From a virus (Duplodnaviria > Caudoviricetes), in IMG/VR virus record IMGVR_UViG_3300031857_000214, positions 1 through 57,842 of that record: a stretch of 57,842 bases of DNA. One strand, written 5' to 3'. The position numbers were made by a program, and so were the translations under genes. Below are positions 1 through 11,400 of the stretch, piece by piece. The notes beneath the pieces are model-generated. The model saw only the letters and a program-made list of their open reading frames with translations, had not been told where the DNA came from and searched no databases. The first letter of the stretch is position 1. The number at the start of each line of letters is the position of its first letter.

Positions 1-505
1 ATGATTGAGAAGCTCCAATATCGCCATCTAAACCAGCTTTTTGAGCTGATTCTTTTTCTAATATTAAACGCATTACATCTTTAACAAATTTATAGTCTTT
101 TTCTAGACCAGGGTTTATGGCCATTTTGCCTGTATTAGTATAAAATGCACTCATCGTGTAACAAGTGAATACAGGTAATTCTGTTTTGGTGTAAACGCTA
201 CCATTTACAGGGCTGCTTGATGTCAAAGCTAATGTAACGGTAAAGGCATAGTCTGCCCCTATATATGGTTGATTCTTATCATCAACTCCAGATATGACAA
301 GGTTATTTCCGCTGGCAAAAGGCCATACGAATTGATTGTATGTGGTATTACCTATTTTTAAATAAGTACCATCAGACTTTTGTATAGTAAGTTTTCTAGC
401 AGAGAAAGTACCAGCAGCTTCTATATTATAAGTAGAAGCATCTACTATTGTAAACTGACTACAGTCTGCGCCTTGCGTAAAACTTATCGCTGTTGTAAAA
501 GGCAT
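1..505 (-). CDS. Putative virion/tail protein, truncated at left edge (MPFTTAISFTQGADCSQFTIVDAST...)
   Basis: ATG at 505 read manually, open to window edge; TAnnTTTG box 15 nt upstream; follows ejection proteins in the structural operon. Confidence 0.7.
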   Translation of the reverse strand, partial: MPFTTAISFTQGADCSQFTIVDASTYNIEAAGTFSARKLTIQKSDGTYLKIGNTTYNQFVWPFASGNNLVISGVDDKNQPYIGADYAFTVTLALTSSSPVNGSVYTKTELPVFTCYTMSAFYTNTGKMAINPGLEKDYKFVKDVMRLILEKESAQKAGLDGDIGASQS

Positions 506-562
506 ATTAAAACATTTATGCAAATATACCTAAAATTAACTGTCTGTTATAGGCTTTAAATA

Positions 563-3500
563 CTAATCTTTTTTAGGGCGTTCAGGTATGTCTTTTGACA
601 TCTTAGAGGCTTTATAGAACTTATCTAAAAACATCAAATCTGTTTCTGGATTAGGCATCTTCTGATGTAAATACCCAACATATTGAATTAAGGCATCTTT
701 AGAGACAGCTCCTGTGTTCATAGCTATACCTAAACTAGCGTAGAATTGGCTAGGCGACTGAGACTTGCTCCTAAGCTCAAATAGTTTATATGCATTTGCT
801 TCAGGCGTTTTAAAGCTCAAAGCGTAAGCTAAATCTATTTGCTCCTGTTGCTTAGATAATACAGCCATGGTCATAAAATAATCCTTATTTGATATAATCG
901 CCTTCCTCTTAATATCAGTTTCTGTTTCAGCCCCTTCTTTTAGATTATTTGTTAGCGTATTAAACTCATCTTTGCCAAACTTTTTATACATATCTGCTAG
1001 GTAAGCTCCTCTAGATAGTGGGTCAGTTATAGTCATAGAATAAGCAAAATTATCAACTATATTTTTGCCATCTATTATTTTCATAGGCATATTAGCTTTT
1101 TTAATAACTCTAGCCAATCTTTTATTTAAAAGATATTCTCTATAATCATTCTCATCCAATGACATATTCTTAAGGTTTCTATTTACCGCAGATGAAATTT
1201 GTTTAGCATCTGAAGGTAGTGGGATTCCCAAAGCTTGTAATGTAGCTATACTGCCAATCGTTACAGCAGTATTTTTATGTTTTTTTATTAATTTAAATTC
1301 TTTATCATGCCCATTTATTGTCTTTTCAATATCTCCAGTAATTCCAGCATTAATCATTTCCATTCCAGTAGTAATAGCGCCAACTCCCATACCTAATAAT
1401 CCAGCCTCAGAGCCATAAGATTGTGGCTTATAATTACCTATTTCCATTCTTAATTCATCTGGTAACTTATATATATCGTAATATTTTTGAAGTATTTGAT
1501 TTGTAAATCCAGCCGATGCAGCGTTTAATATAGGAGGTAGTGGCGATAAGTCTGTTATTACGTTTGTATATGTCGCTTTATCTGCTCTTTTTTCTCTATC
1601 ATCATATTCTTTTTGAGATGGGGTGTATCCTGTAACAGCATCAGCAACCCAATCTGTTATAGTACCAAATCCTCTTTTAACAGAATTAAATACTGCTGCT
1701 TCTACTAAAATTCCAGCCGCTCCAGCAAATGCTGCCGACCTGTCTTGAACACTAGATGTTGAGCTAAATGATTTATTTAAATTATTCCAAAAATTCAACT
1801 TTTGATTTATCATAAAATCAGAAAGTGGCATAATAGTACTTTTAATAAGACTTACAGCTGGATTTTTAGAAGAACCAATCATTCCCTTCAATTCAGTTTG
1901 AACTACGTTTTGTGTAGTATTTATCATTTGTTGAGCATAATCAGCCGCTTCTTCATCTAGCTTATGAGTAGACCAATCTATATCATCTAAATCATATCCA
2001 TTTTTAGATAGTTTATCTTTATAAAAAGCCCACCATCCTACTCTTCTAGCTACCTTATCTGGATATTGAACAAATGTTCTTAGCATAAAAGAAGACGTAT
2101 TATCAAGAAGCTTTGTAAATTTATTTTTATCATTTATTGCAGATTGCGTATAAATTTCTGCAGGTTTAAAATTTACATCTCCCTCAAATCCAGTCATTGC
2201 AATATCTCTTTCAGAATTATTCATCAAGTTGATAATATGAGGATTATACATAGCTTCTACTACAGGTAAACTACCAGTTTGAGCAAATGCATTTACCATT
2301 GGAGTCAATTGTTGGCCAACTTGTCTAATCCCAGCCAAAGTGGATGCTGTTGCCATTTTGTTAAATGTAGACATTCCTTTTGCAAATCCACTCCAATCAG
2401 ACATATCAAAGTTGGTTCCGTAGCTTCCTCTAGTTTTATTAGCATATCCTCTTACTCTTTTTGCTAACATCTCACCATCTTCAGGGTTACCTTTAAATAA
2501 ATTTTTATACCCTGGATTGTTTATGAATGACTTCATTTGAGATATGTACTTAGAACCATTCAAATCATATAAAGATTGTCTATATTTAGTCTCCATGTCT
2601 TTAAAGAAATCAAGACTGATATAATTATCTTTACCTATTTCTCCTGGCTTAACAACCGATTTTAATGATGAACTTTCTGATGCAGGAAAATAATCTGTAG
2701 AGTTTATAACATATCCATTATCCCAATCACCTTCATTTGCATTAAGTCCTATATCACTTTTACTTATCTTTTTGAATACATCTGGGGTGTAATTAAAATC
2801 TTTATTTAATGTTTTGTTATAATAGTTTTTTGCCAAATCACTCATATCATTATACTTCCCACCCCATTTTTCAATCCACCAGTTAACAGCTTCTACATTT
2901 GTTTTGTCCATTCTTGCTGTAACATCATCTATGGAAGTAGCTCCATCTAGCAATTTAACTCTTGCTTTTTCATAAGATTCAGCTAAAAATTTATGTTCAG
3001 ATTTATTTGATGACTTTAAGTTTGCAATTGAGCCTTCAAATAGTGTAACTCTTCTTTTAAATTCTTTAGCTATATCCTCCTCAGAACCTCCAGAATGTCT
3101 TAATAAATGAGAATATAATCCCATTTCAAATATATTATCTGCATCATCAAATCGTAACCCATTAGGTTTTGTTTTACCAAATGTATTGCTAAACTCATCT
3201 ATTATTCCCTTTGTCTCTAAATTTGATTTAGATATAGAATTATAAAAATCTGTAAAGCCCATTGATTTCATAATCTCAACGTCCTTTACACCAAATAAAT
3301 TTCTGAACAACATTGGCACTGTTCCAGATAAGTCATAAGCCAATCTTCCTACATAACTCATAGGAACAGAATTTATAATCTTTCCAGAGTATTCTGCATT
3401 CTTGCTTCCATAATAACTGTATAATGGTTTTTCTAAACCAGAATGCTTACCATTTACAATAAAGTTATCCAATCCATTTACTGCTCTATATGCATCTTCA

Positions 3501-6355
3501 GTAGACATATTTTTAATACCTACTTTTATTAAATCCTTAAGTATTCTTCTATCATTATCACTTATTGAAACATCAACCCTATTTCCAAAACCATCTTCCC
3601 CTTTATCAAGGATGTTTTCAGCTATTGCAGCTAAACTTTGAAATCTGTTTTCTGCAGATATTCTTATGCTTTTTATTTTACTTTCTGAATTTTCTACCGT
3701 AGTTGTGCCAGTATTTTCTATTTCAGAAACAATGGCTTCCATTTCATCAAGAGTCATATTTTCTGTAACAATACCCTTATCTACAAGTTCTTGATAATCA
3801 GCCATTTTATTGGCCTTAGTCTTCTCCATAATTACGTTGTTTTCATTTTTAACGTAATCATATACGGATTTTTCATCAAAAGCCTGAGCAAATTTTCCTC
3901 CTGTTTTAGTTCTTACTGGTTTTGATATCCCATCATATACCTCGCTTGCCTTGGCCATATATGCATTTAAATCAGATACATCTCCTGGTTTAATACTTAA
4001 GAACTCCTTAGCCGCTTCTGATATATTTGTTTGTAAATTTTTATTTTTAGATAATGTAGCAATTTTACTTTTAATAATATTTGCTTTATCTAAATTGTCT
4101 GCATATGTAGCGTCATTGATAACATTAGAAGCATACTCCGTAAACTTCTCTACAGCAACCTTGTTTTGTAAATTTAATCTATCGTATCTCTTAAGAATAG
4201 ATTGTAACTGTGTTGTCTTTATTTTTCCTGCTCCTACTAGCTCACCTAAACCATTAGATATATCTTGTCTAGCAGTTTTAATCCATTGAACAGCTCCGTT
4301 TGCAGCGTCTTGTTGACCCCTTAGATATCTTTTTAATGCCGTTTTTTCGTTTACTGTTATCTTCTCACCAGGTATTAATCCAAATAGTTTTTTAACCCAT
4401 TCAGGTTGTTTTATTTTTTGCGCTTGGCCGCTGACAATGCTATTGCTATTATCTGCTTCATTGGCCTTTGGCGCTTGCTCGACTTCAACTCCCTGATATT
4501 GGCTGATATTGCTTGTTGCTGCGCCTTCTTGCTGTTGTTTGATGGCTGTTGTAATGGCATTTGGGTCTTCGTTTAAAGGTTGTTGTGTAATATCGTTAAT
4601 TTCAGCATCAAACGGGTCTTCGCCAGTCATTGCTTTTTCAATTCTTTTTTGTAATTCAGCTATCTCTACATCCGCATCCGCTCTTAAAGGGTCGTTAACT
4701 TTAAACTGAGTAGCACGCTTTTCTGCGCCTTTCTTTGCTAACATCAGTCCAACAACGGCAGGGGCTTTATCTTCAGAAATTCCTGGGGTTGCTTTTTTCA
4801 TTCTATGAAACTCATCAAGGTCAGACATGAACGTATTGTGCTGTTCTTCTGTCAACATACCCTTTTGCTTCATGCTAATTAATTCGTTATTTACCCAATT
4901 TCTATCTTGAGTAGCCATTAGATTTAATGTAGCAGATTTAAGTTGTTTATTTACATACATTTTACCTGCACTATAAAAACTAGGTATAGCTCCAAAAGCA
5001 ATGTTTAACGCAAAACTTTGCTGAGCAACATCTTTAACTCTTTGGTACACATCTATATCTGCGCCTGTCACATCCTTCATTTTAACACTTCTTTGTAATT
5101 CAAGCGCACTAGAAGTTAGAGATGCTCCAATAATTTCAGGACTTCTTGTAATCATTGTTTTACCATAATACTTGATAACATTATTTGAAGCCTGTTTTTC
5201 TAAAGCCGAAAGGGCAACGCCAGTACGAGCACCAACAATACCCTGAAGTAAATTTTCTGCAGCATTTGTGGCATAAAATGAAGGCCTCATCTCTTTTGTA
5301 TTTTTATATGCCTTTGCTTCATCTGCTCCATTGCTTCTAGATATATTATACACCTCCATCTCTTTCTGTCTAGTATCATTCCATATTGTTCCTAAAGTAT
5401 ATACACTACCTGTAATAAGTGGGGCTACAAAAGGTGTAGCAAGTCCTCCACTTCCTGCTTCGAAAATGCCTAGCGCTCCTATGCCTGCACCAATTCCAAG
5501 GGTAGAAACAACAGATGCTCCTATATTTGCAGCTGTTTTTGTAGTAGTGTGCTCATTTAATTGAGGCAATTCTGTTAATGATTTTTGGTAATTACTTTCT
5601 AGTATTTGATTTTTATGTTCATCAGACTTGCTTACATATGAAATCCCATCTACAATACCATTAAAAAAATTAGCTACCTCTGTGATACCGGTTTCTATAA
5701 TTCCTATTTCCGCTCTTTTTAAAGTTCCGTCAGTTGGGTCAATATCTAAATCACCTGCACCTACTGCCAATGCCAAGTTTGTTTCAAACACATTTTGAGG
5801 AATTTTTGGCTTTTTACCACCACCATTATATACTAGATTTGATGTGGCTTTTATGGCATTATTTATTTTATTCTTATCCGTTACTTTTGGGAGCCTTGTT
5901 GTTCTTGCTATAGTACCACTATCTACACCTGTTGTAACTTCTAGTGTACTTTTAACTGGGCTTGAAATATTACTACTTGTTAATTCTGGCTTTTTTTCAT
6001 CTTTTTTCTTTCCACCTCCACCGCCATTCTCTTCGCTATTAATAGCCTGTTTTGCATCCGCTTCGGTTACTATAGGTTTTGCCACATCTTCGCCACCTGT
6101 AGATATTTCAGTATCTGTTGGGGCTTGTGCAGGCTCATTAACCACAAAGTTTGATTGTTGCTCAGGCACAGGCATTTCAGCAGAAATATCCTCCATAGGC
6201 ATAGTGTCTACGGGAATATCTTCTGTAGGTGTAGGCTTCATTTCAATTGGAGCCTCTTTTTTGGCAGGATATGGGGAGAATTTAGAACTTTCCTTACTTC
6301 TGTCTAATACACTCTTTAAAGTAGCTACGTTGGGTCTATTGCGATTTATGGCCAT
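563..6355 (-). CDS. Large internal virion / DNA-ejection protein (1930 aa)
   Basis: Very long ORF after tail nozzle and smaller ejection genes; disordered N-terminus, Gly/Ala-rich hydrophobic stretch (GIGAGIGALG); no RNAP DxDxD motif recognised. Confidence 0.6.
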   Translation of the reverse strand: MAINRNRPNVATLKSVLDRSKESSKFSPYPAKKEAPIEMKPTPTEDIPVDTMPMEDISAEMPVPEQQSNFVVNEPAQAPTDTEISTGGEDVAKPIVTEADAKQAINSEENGGGGGKKKDEKKPELTSSNISSPVKSTLEVTTGVDSGTIARTTRLPKVTDKNKINNAIKATSNLVYNGGGKKPKIPQNVFETNLALAVGAGDLDIDPTDGTLKRAEIGIIETGITEVANFFNGIVDGISYVSKSDEHKNQILESNYQKSLTELPQLNEHTTTKTAANIGASVVSTLGIGAGIGALGIFEAGSGGLATPFVAPLITGSVYTLGTIWNDTRQKEMEVYNISRSNGADEAKAYKNTKEMRPSFYATNAAENLLQGIVGARTGVALSALEKQASNNVIKYYGKTMITRSPEIIGASLTSSALELQRSVKMKDVTGADIDVYQRVKDVAQQSFALNIAFGAIPSFYSAGKMYVNKQLKSATLNLMATQDRNWVNNELISMKQKGMLTEEQHNTFMSDLDEFHRMKKATPGISEDKAPAVVGLMLAKKGAEKRATQFKVNDPLRADADVEIAELQKRIEKAMTGEDPFDAEINDITQQPLNEDPNAITTAIKQQQEGAATSNISQYQGVEVEQAPKANEADNSNSIVSGQAQKIKQPEWVKKLFGLIPGEKITVNEKTALKRYLRGQQDAANGAVQWIKTARQDISNGLGELVGAGKIKTTQLQSILKRYDRLNLQNKVAVEKFTEYASNVINDATYADNLDKANIIKSKIATLSKNKNLQTNISEAAKEFLSIKPGDVSDLNAYMAKASEVYDGISKPVRTKTGGKFAQAFDEKSVYDYVKNENNVIMEKTKANKMADYQELVDKGIVTENMTLDEMEAIVSEIENTGTTTVENSESKIKSIRISAENRFQSLAAIAENILDKGEDGFGNRVDVSISDNDRRILKDLIKVGIKNMSTEDAYRAVNGLDNFIVNGKHSGLEKPLYSYYGSKNAEYSGKIINSVPMSYVGRLAYDLSGTVPMLFRNLFGVKDVEIMKSMGFTDFYNSISKSNLETKGIIDEFSNTFGKTKPNGLRFDDADNIFEMGLYSHLLRHSGGSEEDIAKEFKRRVTLFEGSIANLKSSNKSEHKFLAESYEKARVKLLDGATSIDDVTARMDKTNVEAVNWWIEKWGGKYNDMSDLAKNYYNKTLNKDFNYTPDVFKKISKSDIGLNANEGDWDNGYVINSTDYFPASESSSLKSVVKPGEIGKDNYISLDFFKDMETKYRQSLYDLNGSKYISQMKSFINNPGYKNLFKGNPEDGEMLAKRVRGYANKTRGSYGTNFDMSDWSGFAKGMSTFNKMATASTLAGIRQVGQQLTPMVNAFAQTGSLPVVEAMYNPHIINLMNNSERDIAMTGFEGDVNFKPAEIYTQSAINDKNKFTKLLDNTSSFMLRTFVQYPDKVARRVGWWAFYKDKLSKNGYDLDDIDWSTHKLDEEAADYAQQMINTTQNVVQTELKGMIGSSKNPAVSLIKSTIMPLSDFMINQKLNFWNNLNKSFSSTSSVQDRSAAFAGAAGILVEAAVFNSVKRGFGTITDWVADAVTGYTPSQKEYDDREKRADKATYTNVITDLSPLPPILNAASAGFTNQILQKYYDIYKLPDELRMEIGNYKPQSYGSEAGLLGMGVGAITTGMEMINAGITGDIEKTINGHDKEFKLIKKHKNTAVTIGSIATLQALGIPLPSDAKQISSAVNRNLKNMSLDENDYREYLLNKRLARVIKKANMPMKIIDGKNIVDNFAYSMTITDPLSRGAYLADMYKKFGKDEFNTLTNNLKEGAETETDIKRKAIISNKDYFMTMAVLSKQQEQIDLAYALSFKTPEANAYKLFELRSKSQSPSQFYASLGIAMNTGAVSKDALIQYVGYLHQKMPNPETDLMFLDKFYKASKMSKDIPERPKKD

Positions 6356-6416
6356 ATTTGCACTAATATATTAATGCAAATCTAACTATTTTTAGGCATT
6401 TTAACCTATATATGGC

Positions 6417-7709
6417 TTAATTATCTTCTCTAGATAATTCCTCTAAACTTAGCTGACCTGAATTTAATTTGTTGTATAAATCAGATACGCTTTCTCTACT
6501 TCCCTTATTTTTAAGGTTTCTAATAGCCTTAAAGTACTTATCCGCATCTAATTTGTAATCTCCAAACATGCTTCTAAACATACTATTTGGTTCCGAAGAA
6601 TTAAATGCGCCCTCCGCTTCTGGAGATTTAATATAACCCAAGAATTTAAACATATTGTTCACGCCTATTTGAGAATTACCAACAGCAATTTGATTGTTAG
6701 CTAGTTGTTTTCTAATTCTCATACTTTCAGCATCATTCAAGGCAGCAAGTCCCTTTAATGCTAATTCAATCTCAGACCTATCTTCAATACTTCTAACATA
6801 TTTCTTCTCATATAAACGATTATCATAAGCCCATAAATGAAACTTATTTATATCTGCAACATTAATGCCAGCTGCTTCAGATATAGATTTTGCTTTTTCA
6901 TCTGCCTCTATTCTTAGTTTTGATGTAGGATTAGATTGTAATGCGTTTGCAAATGAATTATAGTTAGCAGTAGCCTTGTTTTCAAGTCTAGTTCCCTCAA
7001 TTTGTTGAGCCGTTGCTAAAGCTTGCTCAGGCTTCATATATCTATACTCTTTTTTATAATATATTTTTTTACCGCTTAGATATTGAACAGTTTTAGGTAT
7101 TTCTTCATATGGCTTATTTTCGTCTGGAGCGATGTATGGATTGGTATATAACTTATCGCTTGATAATGAAGTGGTATATTTTAACATTTCCTCTGTAGAT
7201 GGCATTACATCAAAAGAAGCAATATTAGGTATTTGTGAAAAATCCAATTCTGTAGATTTTGTATCTCTTACTTTTTGCATTAACTGAGTCGCTTCAACAG
7301 GAGTTGCAATCTTTTGCGCAGTATAAGTATTTATTGTTTTTTGAGAATCTAACAACCATTGATTAGCCAATTGAGATTGTGAATAAAGCTGACCAACACG
7401 TGCTTTTGCTGCTTCAGACTTTTCATATGCAGCCTGTCTTTCTTCAGATTTTACAGACCATTTTTTATCTAATCTTAATTCCGCTTTTTTGCTATTTTTA
7501 TATTCCTCCATAGCGTCCATGTAGTCAGCTTTGTCAGCAGGTTTTAACTTATCTGGTTTCCAAGTTAATTGGAATTGCCTCATTTCATCATTAAAAAGTT
7601 TGCGTTCATTCCTTTCTTGCTCAAAACGAAGTCTTAATCCAGCATTAATGCCCTCTGCAAATCCAGAAAAATCTACACCTTTGTCGTTATATATTAAGTT
7701 AAATGACAT
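6417..7709 (-). CDS. Putative internal virion / ejection protein (430 aa)
   Basis: Helical/coiled-coil composition; position between pilot-like protein and giant protein. Confidence 0.5.
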   Translation of the reverse strand: MSFNLIYNDKGVDFSGFAEGINAGLRLRFEQERNERKLFNDEMRQFQLTWKPDKLKPADKADYMDAMEEYKNSKKAELRLDKKWSVKSEERQAAYEKSEAAKARVGQLYSQSQLANQWLLDSQKTINTYTAQKIATPVEATQLMQKVRDTKSTELDFSQIPNIASFDVMPSTEEMLKYTTSLSSDKLYTNPYIAPDENKPYEEIPKTVQYLSGKKIYYKKEYRYMKPEQALATAQQIEGTRLENKATANYNSFANALQSNPTSKLRIEADEKAKSISEAAGINVADINKFHLWAYDNRLYEKKYVRSIEDRSEIELALKGLAALNDAESMRIRKQLANNQIAVGNSQIGVNNMFKFLGYIKSPEAEGAFNSSEPNSMFRSMFGDYKLDADKYFKAIRNLKNKGSRESVSDLYNKLNSGQLSLEELSREDN

Positions 7710-7715
7710 ATTGGT

Positions 7716-8429
7716 TTATTGGTTTATCTTTTTAAATTCAACATCTATATTACTATAATTAACAGCATACATGCCATCCTCTGTAATCACAACAGAGTCA
7801 TTAAATTTAGTGCCTAATAATTCTTGAGCCATAACTCCTTGATATAGACCATCTTCACCTATATACCCAAATGTATATATGTTAATTCCTTCAGGAGACT
7901 TACCAACTAAGGTGATATTATCTTTCAATCTAAAATCAGATTTAGAAAGCAATCCACCACCAATAGCACCAAGAGCGCCCATTAATCCAGCTCTTTCTTG
8001 AGCTGCTCTATTTTGCGCTGCACTAATTTTATTAAATTCTGCTTCTCTTTTTGATTTTTCTAACTCAGTAGCTATTTGGCCATATTGCATACCAGACTGT
8101 ATAGCTAATTGTCTATTTTGTCTTAATGTATCAGCATTTTTAGCCGCTAATCCAAGACCAAAATCATTTAATCCTGCAGCCATTCTATTAACTTGACCTT
8201 GACCTCCACGAACTCTTCTAAGTCCGCTTAATCCGGCATTAATTCCTCTATTCGCTTCTTGTCTTGCTAATTGAATAGATGCAGCATCTAAGCCATAATT
8301 AGCCATACCTTGAGCCATCTGATTTGCCTGGTTTAAGGTTGGGTCTAACTTCATGGCCTGTATTTTACCCATTGCAACATCTGCCTGTCTTGCTAAACTG
8401 CGATTTCCACCAATTCCTAAAAATGACAT
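7716..8429 (-). CDS. Pilot/ejection-like protein with C-terminal peptidase S74 intramolecular chaperone domain
   Basis: Gln/Ala/Gly-rich helical N-part; C-terminal SDFRLKDNI...IYTFGY...GVMAQEL...YAVNYS matches the S74 pattern. Confidence 0.75.
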   Translation of the reverse strand: MSFLGIGGNRSLARQADVAMGKIQAMKLDPTLNQANQMAQGMANYGLDAASIQLARQEANRGINAGLSGLRRVRGGQGQVNRMAAGLNDFGLGLAAKNADTLRQNRQLAIQSGMQYGQIATELEKSKREAEFNKISAAQNRAAQERAGLMGALGAIGGGLLSKSDFRLKDNITLVGKSPEGINIYTFGYIGEDGLYQGVMAQELLGTKFNDSVVITEDGMYAVNYSNIDVEFKKINQ

Positions 8430-8430
8430 A

Positions 8431-11400
8431 TTATCTATTATTTAACGGTTGTAGTATTGATAAGTCAATATAGTACAAATCTACTAAGTTTTGCGGATTT
8501 ATTGGTGTCAAATTTAATTCTAACCAAGAACCTTTAAGCACATTGCCATTTAATAGCCCTCCGGGGCTCAACATGTCCCTTTTTAGGGCTGCATGATACT
8601 TATCATCCTTTATTCTAAAGTCCGCCTGAACGAGCTTAGATTGCTGTCCTAGATTTGTTTTTATATCCCCCTGAGTAGGTGAAACCCAAGTAGTATTACC
8701 TAGTGTAGTTAATGTATTATAGTGCTTCTTTATATTTTGTTGCTCATTGAATACAACTTTTATAGAAGGATTGTATTGAGTGCCATAAAAATTAGAATAT
8801 GAAGAGGTATTATTATGCGTCCACAATTCGCCATTTCTCCAAGTAATAATCAAATTACCAGCATTGCAAATCCACTCTGGATAGTAATCGTAAAAAGAAG
8901 TGTAGTGATTTTTTGGCTCATAGAAGCTAAATGTCATCTCTGTTATAGGATTACCAGAATCTGCACTTCCTTGCATACAGGTAGTAAATTGTTCTTCAAA
9001 AACGTCATAAACCCCCAATATCTTAGCATACCCACCATTGCCAAATTTATCAGCAACATTTTTTTGATACTTAGTAAATTTATCAGTAAAATAATAGTGA
9101 GCTTTAAATGTTTCAGTTAAAGAAGTAATACCGTCTGCAGACAATCTAATTTGAGCACCTATAATTGGGTCTGTGAAATAATCGGCTGATGCAGAAGAAG
9201 CTAGTGAACAATACTGATTTCCAATTCCATATTCTCCTTGATAATATTGAATTCTATTTAATACGCCTTCATTTTGAGATACAACATCTGTACCATCAGC
9301 AGTCTGCATTACATTTTGATAAATAGGAACCATTCCGCACCCCCTGCTTTGGAATACTCTTAATTGATTACCCCTTGTTACAAATCTTTGAATATCACCT
9401 CTTTGTCTATCGTAATCATCAATATTAGAAGTGTTGAATCTATTTGTATTATTTATATTCGTATTCTGTTGATATTCGCGAGAATATCTTATAGTGGAAG
9501 GAAAGTAAATTTCTTTAGCAAATGGGTCTACTACAAAAGCTCTTCCTCTATTTTTTACAGTTGAATCAAATTTATCAGAAACGGATTTGTCAATGATAAA
9601 CAATGGACTACCGTCAATTGGTTCTATTCTCTTTTTTTGATAATAATCCCCTCTAATAAAAGTAAATATAGCAGGTTGAACTATTGATGCACCTAATGCG
9701 CTGTCGGCTATATTATCTTGATATGTTGTAGCTGTGTTATTGGATATTGTTGTTAATAATTTATATGTATTACTACCGACTGCAGTTCTGTATATTTTTC
9801 TTGCAGTTGTCCCAGTAGGGCCTAATGGTATGTTTGATATATTAACTCTTCTTGAGCCGGATACTGTAGTTACAGACACGGCTTCGCCTGGATTTGAAGT
9901 TGCAGTTCCTTTTACAAAAGCTACTTTATAAGAATATGCACCTACACCTAAATTACCAGTTTGCGGCTCCAATGCAACAGTCATGTTAGTCGTAGGCGCT
10001 GCTATTGCACTTGTTGAACCAAATATTTGATTTTGAGAATGCCCTTCATGGATAAGATTATTATTTACATCTTTACCAACTTGGAATGTTTCTCCGAATT
10101 CATAATATAATTTGGTGTCTGAATTTTTATAATATTCTGGGGTATATATTTCTAGATAAAATGACTTAAATCCTGTATTTCCATAGTTAGTCATAAATGT
10201 AGAATTGTATGGAACTTTTATGAAATACTCATCAGTATCATCTACTTTTTTCCATGGCATAGTTATACCTCCTAATACCAAATCTATTACAGAGCAATCT
10301 TTTACAATACCAGAGCTTGTAGCTCCACCTTTAAGACCGATTATTCTAACTCTATCGCCCTTTGCAAATTGATATACTGGAAATTTACTTGTATTTTTTT
10401 GATATGCATTTATATTAAAATAAACATAACCTGCACCCTCTCCAGTACCTTTTATAGTATTGGAGCATACAATAGTAGTTAAATCAGATATTGTTAAATT
10501 ATCTGTCTTTACAAAGGAAAAATACTTTGCCCAACTTGGAGGCTGATGATTTACTGAAAATGTAATTTTTGGTATAAGTAAATGTTCTTCACCAAGGTTG
10601 TCGCTTATATTCGTTTCTGGAGTTATGATACTCATATTTTCATTTGTCATAACACCATTTGTCACTCCAAATTCATCAAAGTAACACAAACCAAATGAAT
10701 ATCTAGAATTATGTTTAAAAACAGCTGTACTAATATCTGTTATATTAAATGAGCTAAGAAATATTTCAAAACTCCCATTTATTGAAATAGCTTCATCAAT
10801 AGGATAAATCATTACAGAATTTGGCGGAACTTGATTATTAACGTCAGAATCCTTAATGCACCCAAAGTAGGAAGAGTTCATATCTTCATAAAAATAATCT
10901 ACAATACTAGATATAGTATCTCCAGACGTATAAGTATATACAAATTGAGCTTCATAAGGAGACCCGGTAATTCCCTGAGAATTTACATCTATTACAATTT
11001 TAACTAACCCATTTAAACCTCCGGAAAATGTAAATATTAAAGCAGGTCTTTTTTTATCTGAAGGGTTTCCTGTATCATATGAAGCTGGAGTTTTAGTCAT
11101 TGCTAGTGATAGCGCAGCAGTATTGTCTGCTGTAGATACACTTGAAGATAAGTCTAAAACCCTGTCAAATGTATTTCCTTCCTTAATACCACCATATGCA
11201 ATAATATTACCATTAATTAATTCTTGTGCATTTGCTGTTTTAGGACAATAATCAAATAATAAAGTGTCTCCTTCTACATCTACAAATTCATAAGCGTTAT
11301 TATTATAAAAACTATATGTATATATATTGTTACTAGGTATTGATAATTGATTTTTACTTATTGTAGCAATTAACATTGTATCTGTAAAAGCTTCTTCAAT

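Noticed and set aside
563-6355. Possible crAss-type virion RNA polymerase
   Set aside because: No convincing catalytic DxDxD context; host-type promoters throughout
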